From: Balamuthia mandrillaris
Taxonomy: Eukaryota
Length of the DNA: 64,000 nt
Assembly (NCBI GenBank): GCA_031835245.2
Contig: JAVKOQ020000084.1
Span: forward strand, 62,001-126,000
Direction: 5' to 3'
Shown: piece by piece, positions 12,879-26,358 of the stretch
Layout: every line of letters starts with the position of its first letter
Numbering within the stretch: the stretch's first letter is position 1
The notes under the pieces: model-generated
What the model was told of the DNA's origin: nothing
Databases searched by the model: none
What the model saw: the letters and a program-made list of their open reading frames with translations, nothing else
Position numbers and translations under genes: made by a program

Positions 12879-12933
12879 TTTTGGCGGGAAACAACCTGAC
12901 GTCAGTAGAGTGACGTCACCCACCCGTGTCGAC
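12879..12933. promoter_or_regulatory. Cluster of cis motifs: E2F-like TTTTGGCGGGAAA, two TGACGTCA (CRE-like) and GTCGAC
   Basis: Motifs at 12879-12891, 12897-12904, 12911-12918 and 12928-12933. The CRE-like and GTCGAC motifs recur at other intergenic regions. Confidence 0.5.
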
Positions 12934-13131
12934 GTTTATACGCAAGAAGAGAAAAGAAATAAGAGAGAACGAAGAGAGAGAGGGAGAGAGACGCCAAGGT
13001 TTGTTTTTTTTAAGTTTTTAGGTGTTTTTGGTTAAATAAAAGATAGAAAGGCAACCCCCTCTCTTGCGCAACGTGGAAGCACAAGGGTGGGAGCAACATA
13101 AATAAGATAGTCAAAAAAAAAGTTACTCTTT

Positions 13132-14349
13132 TTAGAGGTAGTTAGCTACATCGGAGGGCATGGGCTCGATTTGGGTGTCATAGTATCTCTCGAGCTCGCG
13201 AAGCTCCCTCATGTCCTCCGCAGTCACAAAGTTGATGGCAAGACCCTTACGACCAAAGCGTCCGCTACGGCCGATTCTGTGGAGGTAGTTCTCCTTGTTC
13301 CTGGGCAAGTCATAGTTGATGACCACGGACACCTGCTGGACGTCGATACCACGGGCCAACAAGTCGGTGGTGATCAAGACACGGCTGCTGCCGGTCCTGA
13401 ACTCCTCCATGATCTTCCTACGGTCGGCGGGGTCGATGGAGCCGTGGGTGGCGGAGACGGTGAAGTTGTCGCGGGTCATCTTGTCGGTGAGCCAGTCGAC
13501 CTTACGCCTGGCATTACAAAAGATGACAGCCTGTGTGATGTTGATATCATTGTACAAATCGCAGAGGGTCTCGTATTTCCACTGCTCCCTCTCGCAGTTG
13601 ATGTAGAACTGGTTGATACCCTGAAGGGTAAGCTCCTCCTGCTTGACGAGAATGTTGACGGGGTTGTTCATGAACTTGGTGGTGATGTCCAGGCACTCGG
13701 GGGGCAAGGTGGCGGAGAAGATGCCCACTTGCACGGTGGAGGGAAGCGTGGTGAAGATGTCACGAATGATTTCCTCGAAACCCTTGCTCAACATCTCGTC
13801 GGCCTCGTCCAGCACAAACATCTTGATCTTCTCGGCGTTGAGAACGTTGCGGCTGATCATGTCATAGACACGGCCGGGCGTTCCGGTGACCACGTGCACG
13901 CCCTCCTTGAGGGTGTTGACGTCGTCGGTTATCCGCGTGCCTCCAGTGCAGCTGTGGCAGCGAACGCCCATGTGGATGCCCAAGCTGGCCACCACACGGT
14001 TGACCTGCTGGGCCAACTCACGGGTGGGCACAACGATAAGGGCCTGGCAGTCCTTGGCGGCGAGGTCAATCTGTTGCAAGATGCCGACGGCAAAGGTGGC
14101 GGTCTTGCCAGTACCGGATTGGGCCTGGGCGATGACGTCCTTGCCCTGGGCCAGGGGCACGATGGCTCTCTGCTGGATGGCGGAGGGCTTCTCGAAACCG
14201 TAGGAGTAGATGCCGCGGAGGAGCTCGTCGCGGAGGTTCATGCTGTCGAAGTCGGCGTAGGCCTCGGCGTCAGACTCAACCTCGATGTCGAGGTTCTTCT
14301 CGCCCTTCTCGAATTGTTGGCTGAGTTCGGCTTGCTTGGCGGAATCCAT
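13132..14349 (-). CDS. EIF4A: Eukaryotic translation initiation factor 4A (DEAD-box RNA helicase), intronless CDS
   Basis: [53 protein letters not shown] and [13 protein letters not shown] motifs. Strong GC3 codon bias. ATG at 14349. Confidence 0.96.
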   Translation of the reverse strand: MDSAKQAELSQQFEKGEKNLDIEVESDAEAYADFDSMNLRDELLRGIYSYGFEKPSAIQQRAIVPLAQGKDVIAQAQSGTGKTATFAVGILQQIDLAAKDCQALIVVPTRELAQQVNRVVASLGIHMGVRCHSCTGGTRITDDVNTLKEGVHVVTGTPGRVYDMISRNVLNAEKIKMFVLDEADEMLSKGFEEIIRDIFTTLPSTVQVGIFSATLPPECLDITTKFMNNPVNILVKQEELTLQGINQFYINCEREQWKYETLCDLYNDINITQAVIFCNARRKVDWLTDKMTRDNFTVSATHGSIDPADRRKIMEEFRTGSSRVLITTDLLARGIDVQQVSVVINYDLPRNKENYLHRIGRSGRFGRKGLAINFVTAEDMRELRELERYYDTQIEPMPSDVANYL

Positions 14350-14686
14350 GTTTTCTAATAGTGTACTGTATGCGTGCGTTGTTTTCAAAGTTTAGAATAC
14401 GAAAAAAAAGAAAAATAAAAAATCACTCTTTTATGATGAAAAGTGAGGAAAAAGAGGGGAGAAAGAACAAGGAATCCCATCTTTTTCTCAAGATTCCTTG
14501 CTCTGACATAAATTAAAAACACGCTCACAAATTTCCTCCTTGTATTTTCATCACTTTCTTTTTTTTTCACTCGCTCTTTCACTCAGCGAAAAGTAAAAAA
14601 TCGAGTAGCGATGAAGAATTCATCGCAAAAAAAAAAAAAAAAAAAGAAAAAGAAAAAGAGCGCGAAAAAGAACGCAAGGAAAAGGG

Positions 14687-14731
<45 letters not shown>

Positions 14732-15544
14732 AGCGCGAAGTAAAGAAGAAAAATCGTACGTTTTGGGGGGGGGGAAGATGAAAGCAGGAAGTAAGTTTTC
14801 AAGTCTTTACGGGAAAAAAGAAGAAAGAAAAAAGAAATAAAAAAAGGGCGCCACAACAACAAAAAAAAAGTAGCCGCAAAGACCGCCATTTGCCGGAGTT
14901 TCGCCACGAGGCTTACGTCATTTTCATTGACCTGAGAAAATGGTGGGAAATACGGAAATTTCGCCCGAGCCCAATATCTCCCCTAATTCTCTCGGCTTTT
15001 TCCGGGATGGCCGTCCCCAATTTCTGGGCGAGTTGGCAAAAATTAAAATACCCCTCAAACTTTGTCGACACCCTATTCAAAAAAAGATTTTTTTTCCTTC
15101 ACCTTTTTTTTTTTCGGTTTTCCTTCACTTTTTTTTTTGCGACTTCGAAGAAGAAAAAGAGATTTTGTTTCCATCCAATCGATCCGCTCTTTTTGGTTTT
15201 TTTTTGTTGAAGGGGAAACACCCTCGTCTCTTTCCCCCCCTCTTTTTTTTTTTTGCCCTGCTTTGTTCAGGAGCAACCGGTGTTTTGTTTGATTGATTCA
15301 TTCAACCCTATTGCGGTTGGCTATAAAAAGCGCTTTGTGTTTTTTTTTTTGATTTGATTGGAAAGACTTTTTTTTAAAAGAACAAAGATAAAAAAGGGGG
15401 AAGAAAGCGCGCGATGCGTAAAAGAAGTTTGTCGATGATAAAATTTAGTACCACCAACGACGACCATCACGATAATAATATTCTCTTTCTTAATCATTCC
15501 CTAAGTAGTAGTAGCGACGTTGTTTCGATATAAAGCCTGCCATC

Positions 15545-16193
15545 ATGATGCAACTCACCAACTCAGGACCCATCGATCACCGCGCCAAGACCGCTGACGG
15601 GGCTTCTCTTTCTTCTTCTTCCTCATCCAACGATAAAAACAACCTCCCTTCTTCTTCTGCCGTCTCGAACCAACACACCAGCAATACCACGCAGCACCCA
15701 CCACCACAACCACCACCACAACAGCTGCTTCACTTGACGCACCTGCCGGACGAGCTGCTGGTGGCCCTGCTGTCGTACCTGCCGGTGCAGGACCTGTGCA
15801 TGCTCTCCTCCGTTTGCCGACGACTCCACTGCCTCGCCCAGGAGGAGAGCCTATGGAAGAGCTTTTGCGAGAGGGAGGGCGCTCTGGACAAGTTTCCCGC
15901 CCTGCTGGAGCTGATGGAAGGAACGGAGGAGGACAAGGACAAAGGGAAGGATGTGGACGAAGAAGAGCAGTCCGCCAACGACGACGACGTGGAAGAGACC
16001 ACAACGAACAACACTTGGAAGCAATGGTATAAGGAGGCTGTTAGCTTGCATTGGGTGCTGCCAGAGTGGGTCAGAAGTGATGAGATCTTGTTTGACGAGA
16101 GCAAACTCACTGCGACGCGCAGTGACGCTGTTCTTGGTTGGCATGGTCATACCCTCTTCCGCGCCAATCGTGCTTGGTCCTCTGGTTTGTTCT

Positions 16194-16235
<42 letters not shown>

Positions 16236-17207
16236 CTCTCCCTCCATCCATCCCTTCCTTCCTCCTCCCTTTCTCTCTAAACTAAATGCATTTTCAAACC
16301 AAAAACAGGACGTCATTACTGGGAGGTCAAAGTGGATGTTTGTCACCAACAGATCTTTATTGGGGTAATTTCAGCTCACTATCCGCGCGTACCTTACATA
16401 GGTGGCGGTTGGGGATGGTCCATCTGTCCGTTCGGCCCTTACGCCCAAGGCGAAGGCAGAGACAATGTCCGCATGCAACTTTCTCCCAAGTATACCAGCT
16501 TCAACAGCGGAGATGTTATTGGTAAGAAAGCTCACTTTCCTCTCGCCTTGTTTGCCCTCTGTCCCCACCCTTCTTTTTTGTTATTCTTTCTTCTAATGTT
16601 ATGCGCAAATCGATGCAATTTTTCAGGTATCGAGCTGGACTGTGACAACGGCTCCATAAGCTTCTGGCAAAACGATGTCTTTCTGGGTACTCCATTCCGT
16701 AATTCTCAGGAAATCCTGGCCAAGAGGCCCTTGTACGCTTATTGCTCCTCTCTCCTTTACCTTTCTCTCTTTTACGCCTTTTATTCGCATCACCTTTTTA
16801 AAACTCTTATTATTTTTACAGATGTGCTGCTGTGTCGATGATGAGCCGAGGAGAGCGCTGTACCGCCAATTTCAAAGCAAAGAGAAGAAAGAGCGCCGAG
16901 CAAGAGGAACCCGTGTTGTGCACGCGATATCGTAAGCCTTCCTCTTCATTTTTTTTTCAAAACTCACCAGGTTTTACTAAACTCATCCCTTTTTTGCTCT
17001 TTTCTTTTTTTTTTCTGTATGTTTTTTTGGTTATGGACGACTGTAGAACCGTGGGCAATACCAAGAAGGATCTCTGCCGTGACTACACCACCGACGGCTT
17101 CGGCCGCCTCGGAAGGAATAGAAGCCGGAGCGACACCACCCCTATCCACATCACCTCCCTCACGAAAGCCTTCCACCCTTTCTTCCTCTCTCATCATTTC
17201 TGTTTGA
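15545..17207 (+). CDS. F-box and SPRY domain protein, multi-exon
   Basis: F-box LPDELLVALLSYLPVQDLCMLSSVCRRL..LW. SPRY-like SSG/RHYWEVKV, IFIGV, FNSGDVIG/IELDCDNGSISFWQN. Last exon inferred at 17047-17207. Confidence 0.8.
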
Positions 17208-17302
17208 CCGGAGGGCCTCCCTCTCTTCTCGTCTCCGCTCCCTCCTCTCTTATCACCTCCTATGTCTTTTCCCTCTAAACTGTAAATATTATTTCGTTTG
17301 CT

Positions 17303-18505
17303 TCATTCGCTCCATCTCACAAAAGGAAGATAACCTGAACAGTTCGATTCGCCACACAAACATTTCAGCCTTTCCTCTCCAACTTCATCTTGTTGTTCTT
17401 CTTCTTGGTTCCTCATGCCGGGAGGAAGGAAAGAGCCGTAGTGAAAGGTAAGCTCTTCTCCTTTGGCGATGTCTCGCAGTGCAAAGAAGGCGGCCTTGGG
17501 AACGAGCGAGCTGGAACGCACAAGAAACAGGGCAAGGTTGGGTCTGCAGGAATGGTTGAACAAGCGGCTGGCATTGCCTTTGTGGAACGCATCGATGTTG
17601 GTCCTGACCACTCTCTCTTTGCCACCACTGCCCCAAAACCAAAAAAAAGTCAGAGAGACGCCAAAGAAGAGGAAGGGAAAGCGATGGAAAGGACTTGACT
17701 CACAGGTGCATGTGCTCTTGAATGGTGAGGAGGTAGTTGGGAAGGCCCAGGCGAGAGCGTTCCTGCCAGCGGGAGCGAGCCGTGGCGGTGGGGATGACCT
17801 CGCCAGCGTATTCGCAAACAAAAGAGGCCTGCGGGATGGCGGCCAAGGCGCGCATGCCCCAACCCTTGTGCTCGTCGTGGAAGGCTTCCAGTGGGAATGG
17901 AAGGCTGCGTTGGCCTGCGAGCATGCACTCCCTCCTGCCGCCTCTAGCCGCACACCCGCACTCCTCCCAACACTCAAATAGGGGTTGGTCATAAGCTTTG
18001 TCCTCTTCCTCCTCCTTGGTGGTGGCAACTGTTCCTAACGTGGAGGATGACCCTCCTCTTTCTTGTTCTTCTTCTTCTGCTGCTACGTGCCTCTCCTCCT
18101 CTTCATTGTCTAGCAGCAAACGAAGACGCAGTGTCCCATCCTGGTGGCGAACGTAGCAGGGTGTGGGCATGCGGGCCAAGCAGGGGCAACAGGCCTGACT
18201 TGTTGTTGTTGTTGTTGGGCAACAACTGCCCCCACCACCACAGCAACAAACACAAAGGCAGGGCTCATAGATACAAAAGGGCCGGAGATCCACTCCCTCT
18301 CCAGCAACTGCTGAATCAATGTACTGTTCAGGCCAACAACAAGTTTTGCTTGTGCATGCTGTTAGGAAGGAAGATGAACGTGCTAATAAAACAAAACAAA
18401 ACAAAACAAAACAAAGAGATGTACCGTAAACGGAGGAAGCGTTCTGGTCCTGTCCTGTTGGCAAACAGCGAACTTGCAGTCTTGTTCTTGTCGTCGTTGG
18501 GCCAT
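17303..18505 (-). CDS. SETMAR/SUV39-like histone lysine methyltransferase (pre-SET, SET, post-SET; no transposase fusion)
   Basis: Spliced LPPFT/YIDSAVAGEG, Cys-rich pre-SET, KGWGMRA, FVCEYAGEVI, NASRLFNHSCRPN, ELTFHYG and post-SET CLCGESNCSG. Confidence 0.88.
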
Positions 18506-18715
18506 ACGGGGGGACTTTGCCTTTGTGCGTTTGGGTTCGTGGTCGACGTTTATCTTCACTGTTCGATATTTTCTTGGTTAATTTGATTACATTGATTTTC
18601 TATTGGTTCGATCGCGTTGTAGATTAATAATATCCAACAAACATTTGGAATTGTCGATGTTTATTATCATTATTGTAGACAAGGGAAGCCAAAAAAAAAA
18701 GAAAGTTAACAAAGA

Positions 18716-18900
18716 ATGTCGTTGTCGAGAAACAAGTTGGAAGGGGAGGAGAGGAAGGCAAAGCTGGCAGAGGTGCCAGAGTGGACGGAGGTCACGGAAG
18801 GAAGGGACGCCATAAAGAGGACTTTTCTCTTCAAGGACTTCAAGGAGGCTTGGGCTTTTATGGGCAAAGTTGCTGAGAAGGCAGAAGAGGTTTCTTTTTC

Positions 18901-18938
<38 letters not shown>

Positions 18939-19170
18939 TCCCCCCCCAATTCCCTTCTTCCCTCTTTCCATTTTAATTTGTTTTTCTTTTCTTTTTTTGT
19001 TTTGTAACGCTTCCACCAAAACAAAAAAAAAAAAGCTCGACCATCACCCAGAATGGTTCAACGTCTACAACCGAGTGGAAGTCACTCTGGCCACTCACAC
19101 CTGCAACGGTGTGTCCGAGTACGACATTGTGCTCGCCAAAGCCATGGACCAATTCGCCAAACAGCAGTGA
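18716..19170 (+). CDS. PCBD: Pterin-4-alpha-carbinolamine dehydratase
   Basis: [21 protein letters not shown] joined across intron 18890-19035 to [24 protein letters not shown] at 19168-19170. Confidence 0.93.
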
Positions 19171-19219
19171 AAAAGCAGCAGACGCTATACGTTTTTTCTC
19201 CTCTGGATCCATTTTCTGC

Positions 19220-19280
19220 ATGACGTCATTTCAGTGAGAATGACGTCGGTTGAGCTCAAAAAAAGGATGATATTACGTCA
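19220..19280. promoter_or_regulatory. Triple CRE-like motif cluster upstream of the NXPE-like gene
   Basis: ATGACGTCAT at 19220-19229, TGACGTCG at 19241-19248 and TTACGTCA at 19273-19280. Confidence 0.5.
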
Positions 19281-19373
19281 TGATAATTCGAGGGGTCATT
19301 CGTGTCGCTTCGAGAAAGAAACAAAAAAAAAAAGAAGAAAGAGAAGACGAAGCGAGAAGAGAGCAGAACCAGA

Positions 19374-22300
19374 ATGAACAGGACGGAGTTGTTCGTTCGG
19401 CGGTTGGCCCTTCGCATGCAACGGCGGAAAGGAATGGTGTTGATAGTGGGCGCGTTGGTTCTGTTGGGTGTGGCCTGGTTCTTCATGGGGTCCTTTCGTC
19501 AAGTCACAACGGAACGCGGCTACTTAACTCGGATGGGTATGAAGCCCAACCCTTCTTCTCTGGGAAAGTCAAAGACGGATGCAACCCACATAAATGACAA
19601 CGAGAGAGCAGTTGGTGATGACGAAGAAGAGCTTTACATTTTTCCTCCGAACAAAAATAAACCGTGGCAGGAATTCGACTGGCCGTGGAATGATGACATG
19701 GACGACTGGAACAACAACTTTAACTTGGACGACTCCGATGCGGAAGAGAAATGGGAAACGTTTACTGTCTTTGGGATGGGCGTGGTGGATGCCGAAGCAG
19801 GAGAGACGGCTGAGTTTCATATCATTCCCCCTCCCTTTTTGCTTCGACGGTTCGAGGGCAGGAAACAAGACCTTTTGGCCCAGGTCGAGCTGTGGTTCAA
19901 CAGAAGAGAAGCAAGTGATGGTGCACGAATTGCGGCGGAGTGGGTTGAGGTCATGGACGGCTTTCCTGGCAAAGAAGAGGAGAACATTCCGGTAGAAGCC
20001 CTGCCAAAGGACTCAAAGTCGGGAAAGCTCCTGTTGGGAGAGGTTCATCCTGACTTTCTGGAGCACGGCGGATTTACCGTTCGGTATAAGATTCATGTAG
20101 TTGGTTCGTTCTCTCTTTTGACTTCTCTTGTTTTGAAGTATCTTTGTCCATGATTGTCACAGGTCACCAACGAACACTTCTCCCACATCAAGGTGCCCTT
20201 GACTTGTACGTGAAAGTGGCTGACCACGATGTCACTCCTGAGGGCCGGCCGTTCCACTTGACCGTTTTTTCTGGCCCCACCGATCCCAAAGCCACTACCT
20301 TCCGTTTAATCTCTTCCTCTTCCTCAGCCTCTGCTTCCACCTCCTCCCGAGAAGGAGAACTTCTTATTGAAGCCAGAGATCGCTACGGCAACCCCAAAAC
20401 AGCTGCTGGAGACACGTTCTACGTTCGCTTTTCAGGCCCTTCCATCTTTGCTGCCTCTCGCATCAAAGACAACTTTGATGGGACCTACTCGGTTTTCTTC
20501 CCTTTAACCAAAGGAGGGACAGGGATAGATGCCGGCCTCTATCAAGTGTCGGTGAAGCTGCAGTTTCGCTCCTTTGGTGCTATGACACCTATCCCAAAGG
20601 CGGCTCTCTTGGAACAAGCGCCGTTTGTGAATGCCACGGCGTTGGGAGAGGATTGGCATCCACAGTGTTTGGATGAGCATGTGAAGGGCAGCCCTCATCC
20701 GCTCACTTTAAAGTGTGAGTATCCATTGGATTCTGTGGCTCTATTGTTCCTCTTTCTTCGTGTCTCCTCTTTCTAAGCCTGCTCTAACTGAAAGAGAACT
20801 AACGAGCCAACAACAAACCAGCAACAGGAGGAACAGCTCTAAGGCCACCATGCAAGTCGGGAATGGCGGAAGGACGCTGGGTGGAGAGAGGCGAGATTTG
20901 GGAGCCATACGCTTGTTTCTGGCCTACCATCACCGCTAACCTCCTTCAACGGTGTTTGCCCGGTTCGTCTTGCTTAGTTTAGTGCTTAATATTTTCCCCA
21001 CTAACTAACGTTTTGGTGCACCTCCATCAAACGGATCCTATAGGCAAGAAAGTATTGTTGTTGGGACACGAAGAGGACCTTCTGGACAGCCTTCGCTACT
21101 GGAAGAACACTCTGCGCAACTACTTCCTCGCGGACGTCTCCACCATCGTGAGCGATCCCCAAAACGCCATTCCACTGGAGAACATTCTCCGCCACAAGCA
21201 CATTTCTGTGGACTTTGCTCCGTTCAAAGAGTTTAGCTCGTTTCAGGGCTTCGGGTATAACTATCTGAAGGACAGCTGGAAGGAGACGGTAAACGAGACG
21301 GCGATGTTGTGGCTGAGACGCCAGTACGAGGATTACTTTTGTGGAGAAGCAGTATTGGGAGGCATTACCTCCATCCAGGACAGGTTTGAGGAAGCGGAGA
21401 TTGAGAGGAAGCAGATGGAGCAAGTGAAAGAGAACGAGAGCGCTTCTCGTTCATCTGCGGCACAACAGTCCCGTCGGTCCTCCTTCTCCGGTTTGTATCG
21501 GTTTCTCCCTTTTCCATCGTTCTGGCCATTCAACTAACACCACAGCAGGTAAAAGCAAGCGAGCGCCAATCGAATCGTACAAAGCCATCGTCTTCAGTCC
21601 CGAACTGGCAGACCCCTATCAACACTCCACCTTCATCACGGAGTTGGCCCAACTGACCATCGCCGCCCTTCGCAAGTGCTACTCGGGTCCCATTCTTTGG
21701 AGAAGTCCGATGGCGTTACACCCACCACGGTGTTGGCATCCCACCAAGTTTCTCTCCACGGAGAAGCAGCACTACAAGTGGGAGCTGCTGAGGAGAGCTT
21801 TCAACTTGGATCGTTCTGTTCTGCCGGCGGTCATTCTTTCTTCTGAGGGAGAAGAAGAAGACGAGTCAGAGTATTATGACTTGGATGAGTTTTATGAGTT
21901 GGAATCCGATGAGGGAGACGAGGAAGTGGAACGGAATGATGGAGAAGTGGGGGAACAAGAGGATAACGAAAAAGCAACAGAAAAAGAAGGGGAAGAGAAA
22001 GAGGACGAAGAACCAAAGCACAAGCCATTCAACGGACCGTTAGAAAAAGATGTGTACGGAGTGGACGTCCTTGGGTTGACCTATTCCAGACCGGACCTAA
22101 CCACAGACGGCATTCGTTACGGGAAGAAAGCCAATGAAGCCATGAACAACATCCTCTTCAACATGCTCTGCGGCTATCCCGAAGGTCTTCTACTTCATGT
22201 TGAACCGGATGAAATGGAGTACGTGCCGTTAGTAGCGGAATACACAGAACAGGAGGAAAACGATGAGAAGCAAGCTGGAGCAGAGCCGAAGGAAAAGTGG

Positions 22301-22969
22301 AAGACCAAGACGAAGAAAGGGATTACTCGTTTTGTGGCTGGCACGAAGAAGGCGGACAAAGAAAAACTGAAAGAGCTGACAGAGAAGCAGCAAGAGAGGG
22401 CAGAGGAAGAGAAGCAACGTATCCATCCTTTGTTGCAAAATCTCTTGCCTTCAGACTTTGACCAAACTGTTTCCAAGAACCTCAACAACATCAAGAGTAA
22501 CAACTTCAACAACAATAACAAAGAAGTAACGCCTTGGCTGGAAGATGAGGCTGAAGAGGAGAAGACAACGACGTCAACCCCAAAGGCTAAGAAGAAGAAA
22601 CATGACGCACCTATAAAAGACCCAAATGCAAAAGAGCCGCCCGTTCGAAGCACAACTCAAGACTTGATGACGGTTGGTGGCACTTCCAAGAAGCGAGTGA
22701 CTCCCTCCATCCAGCGAAAAGATCCTCAAGCACAACAACCAGAAGGAACACAACGCACACAAATAGAAGCAAAAGAAAAGGCACAAACGACCAGAACACC
22801 AGCAAAAACAACAACGATGACAACAAAGCCAACGACCTCGATGTACGAGGGAGGAGGAAGAGAAGGAGGAGGAGGGAGAGGTTTTCGTTTGCTGCAACCC
22901 ATAGGTGATCAGAGATTGCCGTTGCCTACTGGAAGAAGAAAGGGAATAACTCCTGGCACAGGTGGTTAA
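19374..22969 (+). CDS. Type II membrane NXPE / PC-esterase-like protein (filamin-like Ig domain plus SGNH-like domain), catalytic motifs altered
   Basis: N-terminal signal anchor MVLIVGALVLLGVAWFFMG. IEARDRYGNPKTAAGDTFYVRF..DNFDGTYSV. GRW..WEPYAC..RCLPGKKVLLLGHE, GPILWRS and DVLGLTYSRPDLTTDGIRY. Confidence 0.65.
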
Positions 22970-23538
22970 ACAGAAATAAATGAGGCTTGTCTATAACTCC
23001 TGAGTTGCCCGTGCTCTCTTCTTTGACTTGTTTCTCAGCACAATGATGATACCACACGAGCCAACCAAAAGGACCACCAACACCGGCACCGTAACTTGCC
23101 ACAATCTAGATTACTTGCTCTGTCGAATCTTCTTCAGAGAAGAAAGAAGAGGACACTTGCGCTGCAGAGGAGGAAGAGGATGAAGAGCTGTCAGCACCAC
23201 GGAACACTCAGCTGTTCTTCCACAGCTGGAAGCGGTTCTCGTCGATGGCTTTGTGAAGTTGTCGGCGGCGCTCACTGTGCAAAGGATTCCTCATCCGCAA
23301 CAACTCGCCAGAGCAAGGAGCAGCAGGTAAAAAGAAGCTCTCGGGACGCAAGCCTCCTTAAACAGTTATATGAAACTTGTTACCTTGCTTCTGCACGTCT
23401 GGATTGTAGAGAAAGAAAAGGTTTAAAAATAAAGACAAAAGAGGTTGTATTCTAAAAAAATAAATAGCAAACTGAGAGAGAGAGCGAAGAGAGTAATAAT
23501 AAATAGAGAGAGCAAAAGGAGAAGAGGAAGGAGAACGT

Positions 23539-25021
23539 TTAACCGCTGCCAGGAGAAGAAGGCCTAAAGTGTTGATACGCAATACCTCCGATGACAGCTA
23601 CAGCAGCAACAGCTCCAACGATGGTCCATGTGTCCCATTTTTTTTGGATGGTGGTGGTTTTTGTTGTTGGTGTTGAGGTTTTAAGCTTCTGTGCGGATGA
23701 TTTTAGGGCAGCACGGCTCGCGTCACTTTGCCTCTTCAGTTCAGCCGCACGCAATGCTTTTTGTGAATCTGGAATAACACACAAGAATCGTGAGGAGGGG
23801 GAGGAGGAGGAGGAGGAGGAGGAGGAGGAAGAAGAAAACATAACGCAGAAAGAAAGAAAAATTAGTATAAAGAACGCACCCTCAAACTTCTTCCATTCCT
23901 GTGCGAACAAAGGAGGTATGTCCTTCTCTAACGTCGGGTCTTTAGCCACCGCCATCAAGAAGTACTGTCTCGCAGCCACCAGGTCGTAATGCTCCAATTC
24001 TTGCAAATGGATCAAGCCGAGGTTAAAGCAAGCCATGGGCACCACCTCCTCGCAGCGTTTGTAGTAGGTGATGGCTCGAGGCAAGTCGCGTGGCTGCTTG
24101 CCCATTCCTCCCAAATGATGGAAGAGGGCCACTTGGAAGCAGGCTTGAGAGGAGCCGCCTTCATCCGCAGCACGAAGAAAGAGTTCATAAGCTTTGTCTA
24201 CGTCTTTGGAGAGAGTGAACGTCACTTGTTTTGAGAAAGAGGAGGAGGAGGAGGTGGGGTCGGATTCGCGGAGCCGGAGCTCCATGCCGTTAAGATAGAG
24301 GCGACCTAATTCGCAAAGAGAAGCGGGATGACCTCGTTCTGCTGATACCTGAACGACCGAACAAACGCAAATACATCAAAAGAAGAGCAGGAGAAAGGAA
24401 AGAAAAAAACAAAAAGGTCAATGAAGGAAGGAAGGGAAGGAGGGAGCAAGGGAGGGAAGAAGGGAGGGAGGAAGGAAGGAGGAAGGAGGAGGAAAAATAC
24501 AAAACCTGCAGATAGTTCAAGGCCTTGTCCAGACTCTCTTTGCTCTGCGGGGAGTCCAAGCCCACGCACCCCAATATGAAGAGGGAGTGGGCGTCCATGG
24601 TGGAGAGGTCCTGCCCTCGTCGCGGCCCCGCGATGAGGAACGGCCAGTACTCGTCGCTCTTCTTCTCCAGCTCCAACGTGACCAGACCGGCCTCCCTCTC
24701 CAGGCCCCACATCGAATCCCCTTTCACGGCGGCCACCAAAGTTCCCTTTTTTTTTTTTTCAGGTTTTAACACAACAAGAAAAAAAAAAGCGAAGAGAAGG
24801 AGGGAGAGGAGGATGAACATATATGTGGGTCGAACCTCGATGATGGGGGGTTGCCCTTTGAGGCCGGCCTTGACGGTGGTTTTGGTGATGGAGATGTCGA
24901 GGCTCTGTTTGACGGTGCCTTTGGGCACACGAAAGGCGGCGCTGATCACGTCGGGGGACTCCTGTTGCAGCATGTACATCCCCAGGTAAGAGGAAGAGGA
25001 GGAGTCCGCAGCAGCTTCCAT
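23539..25021 (-). CDS. CS (p23/NudC-like) domain plus Sel1-like repeats plus C-terminal transmembrane anchor
   Basis: FRVPKGTVKQSLDISIT..GTL..VKGDSMWGLE..VTLELEK..WP (CS domain). AYELFLRAADEG..ACFQVALFHHLG and ACFNLGLIH (Sel1). Terminal WTIVGAVAAVAVIGGIAY. Confidence 0.75.
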
Positions 25022-25291
25022 CGTTTTCCCTTTTTCTTCAGTCTTATTTTATTTTGAATATTTCCAGGAAACTTTCATGACGTCACGGAATAGATCATTT
25101 TCAGAAATCGAGATCGGCCAATTATTATTCAATATTTTTGATTTCAGATTGGATGGAGGGCTTCACGACGTCATGGAAAATATCTGCATACTTGAGATGC
25201 TTTAAATGCCTAACATTCCAAAAATTCATTCGCGACAGATGGAAACTTCATAATTTCTTGGAAAATTTTCATCTGAGAGAGAAAAGAAACG

Positions 25292-25933
25292 ATGGAAGAA
25301 GCTGGTGAGGTGTGTTGTGCCTGCGCGTGGAGGTGGGTCGTGCTGACGGTGGGAGTGGCCGCCGTCCTGTGGATGCTGTGGAAGCGGTTGGTCGTGGGCG
25401 GGGAGGTCCTGAGGGACGCCGCCAAGGCGCGCCGCAGGGGCCTCCACGTGGTCATCACCGGCAGCACCAAGGGGATCGGCCTGGCCCTGGCCTCTGAGTT
25501 TCTTCGTCATGGCGACAGCGTTTGTATTGCATTTTTTTTTCTTTTCAAGTGTTCGTTCTGCTCACATGCAACCACACCTCCAGGTTGTCGTCTCCAGTCG
25601 CTCGTTCGTTTTTCTCTCTTTTCTTTTGTTTATTTTTTGTTTATTTTTTGTTCCCCAAAATAGTTTTTTTTTCATGTTTTGCTTTGGCTAAAAACTACAA
25701 AGGGAGGAGCATGTCAGCAAGGCGGTTTCTCAGCTTCAACAGCAGCTGTCCTCTTCCTCGTCAGGGCAAATGGTCGTTGGCTACCCGTGTGACGTGACGG
25801 TAGGGGAGCAGGTGAACGGCTTGGCTGCCTTTGCGAAGAAGCAGCTCGGTTCTATCGACATTTGGATCAACAATGCGTTTGTTCTGCTCTCCATTCTGCG
25901 CCTATGCTTCTTCTATGCTTTTCTCGTTCTCTC

Positions 25934-25978
<45 letters not shown>

Positions 25979-26011
25979 GTCTCCCTCCTTTCTCTCTCAA
26001 TTCTCTTAATG

Positions 26012-26055
<44 letters not shown>

Positions 26056-26310
26056 CCTTCTCTCTCCTCTGCTCTCCTCCTCTCCGTGTTTCTTTGCAAC
26101 TCATTTCACAAAACAAACTCCAAACAAAGTGGAGTTTCTCAAGAAGAAAAATGTGAATTGTGGAAGACTCCAGAGGAAGTGCTTCGCTCGGTGGTGAACA
26201 CCAATCTATTGGGATGTTTGTTGGGCTGCAAAGCTGCCATTCGCCTCATGCTCAAACAGCCCAATGGAGGTGACGTGTTTAACATGGATGGCGCTGGTGC
26301 CAATGGAATG

Positions 26311-26358
<48 letters not shown>

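Noticed and set aside
13171..14358. 395-aa + strand ORF antisense to eIF4A
   Set aside because: Shadow ORF produced by the strong GC3 codon bias of eIF4A. It has no recognisable motifs.
14433..14506. ATGATGA...CTGA resembling a C/D box snoRNA upstream of eIF4A
   Set aside because: It lies on the strand opposite eIF4A in A-rich sequence, with no recognisable terminal stem or rRNA guide.
23000..23455. Coding-looking sequence between the NXPE-like and CS-Sel1 genes
   Set aside because: Only short ORFs without motifs. It may be UTR or extra 3' exons of the minus-strand gene and cannot be resolved by eye.
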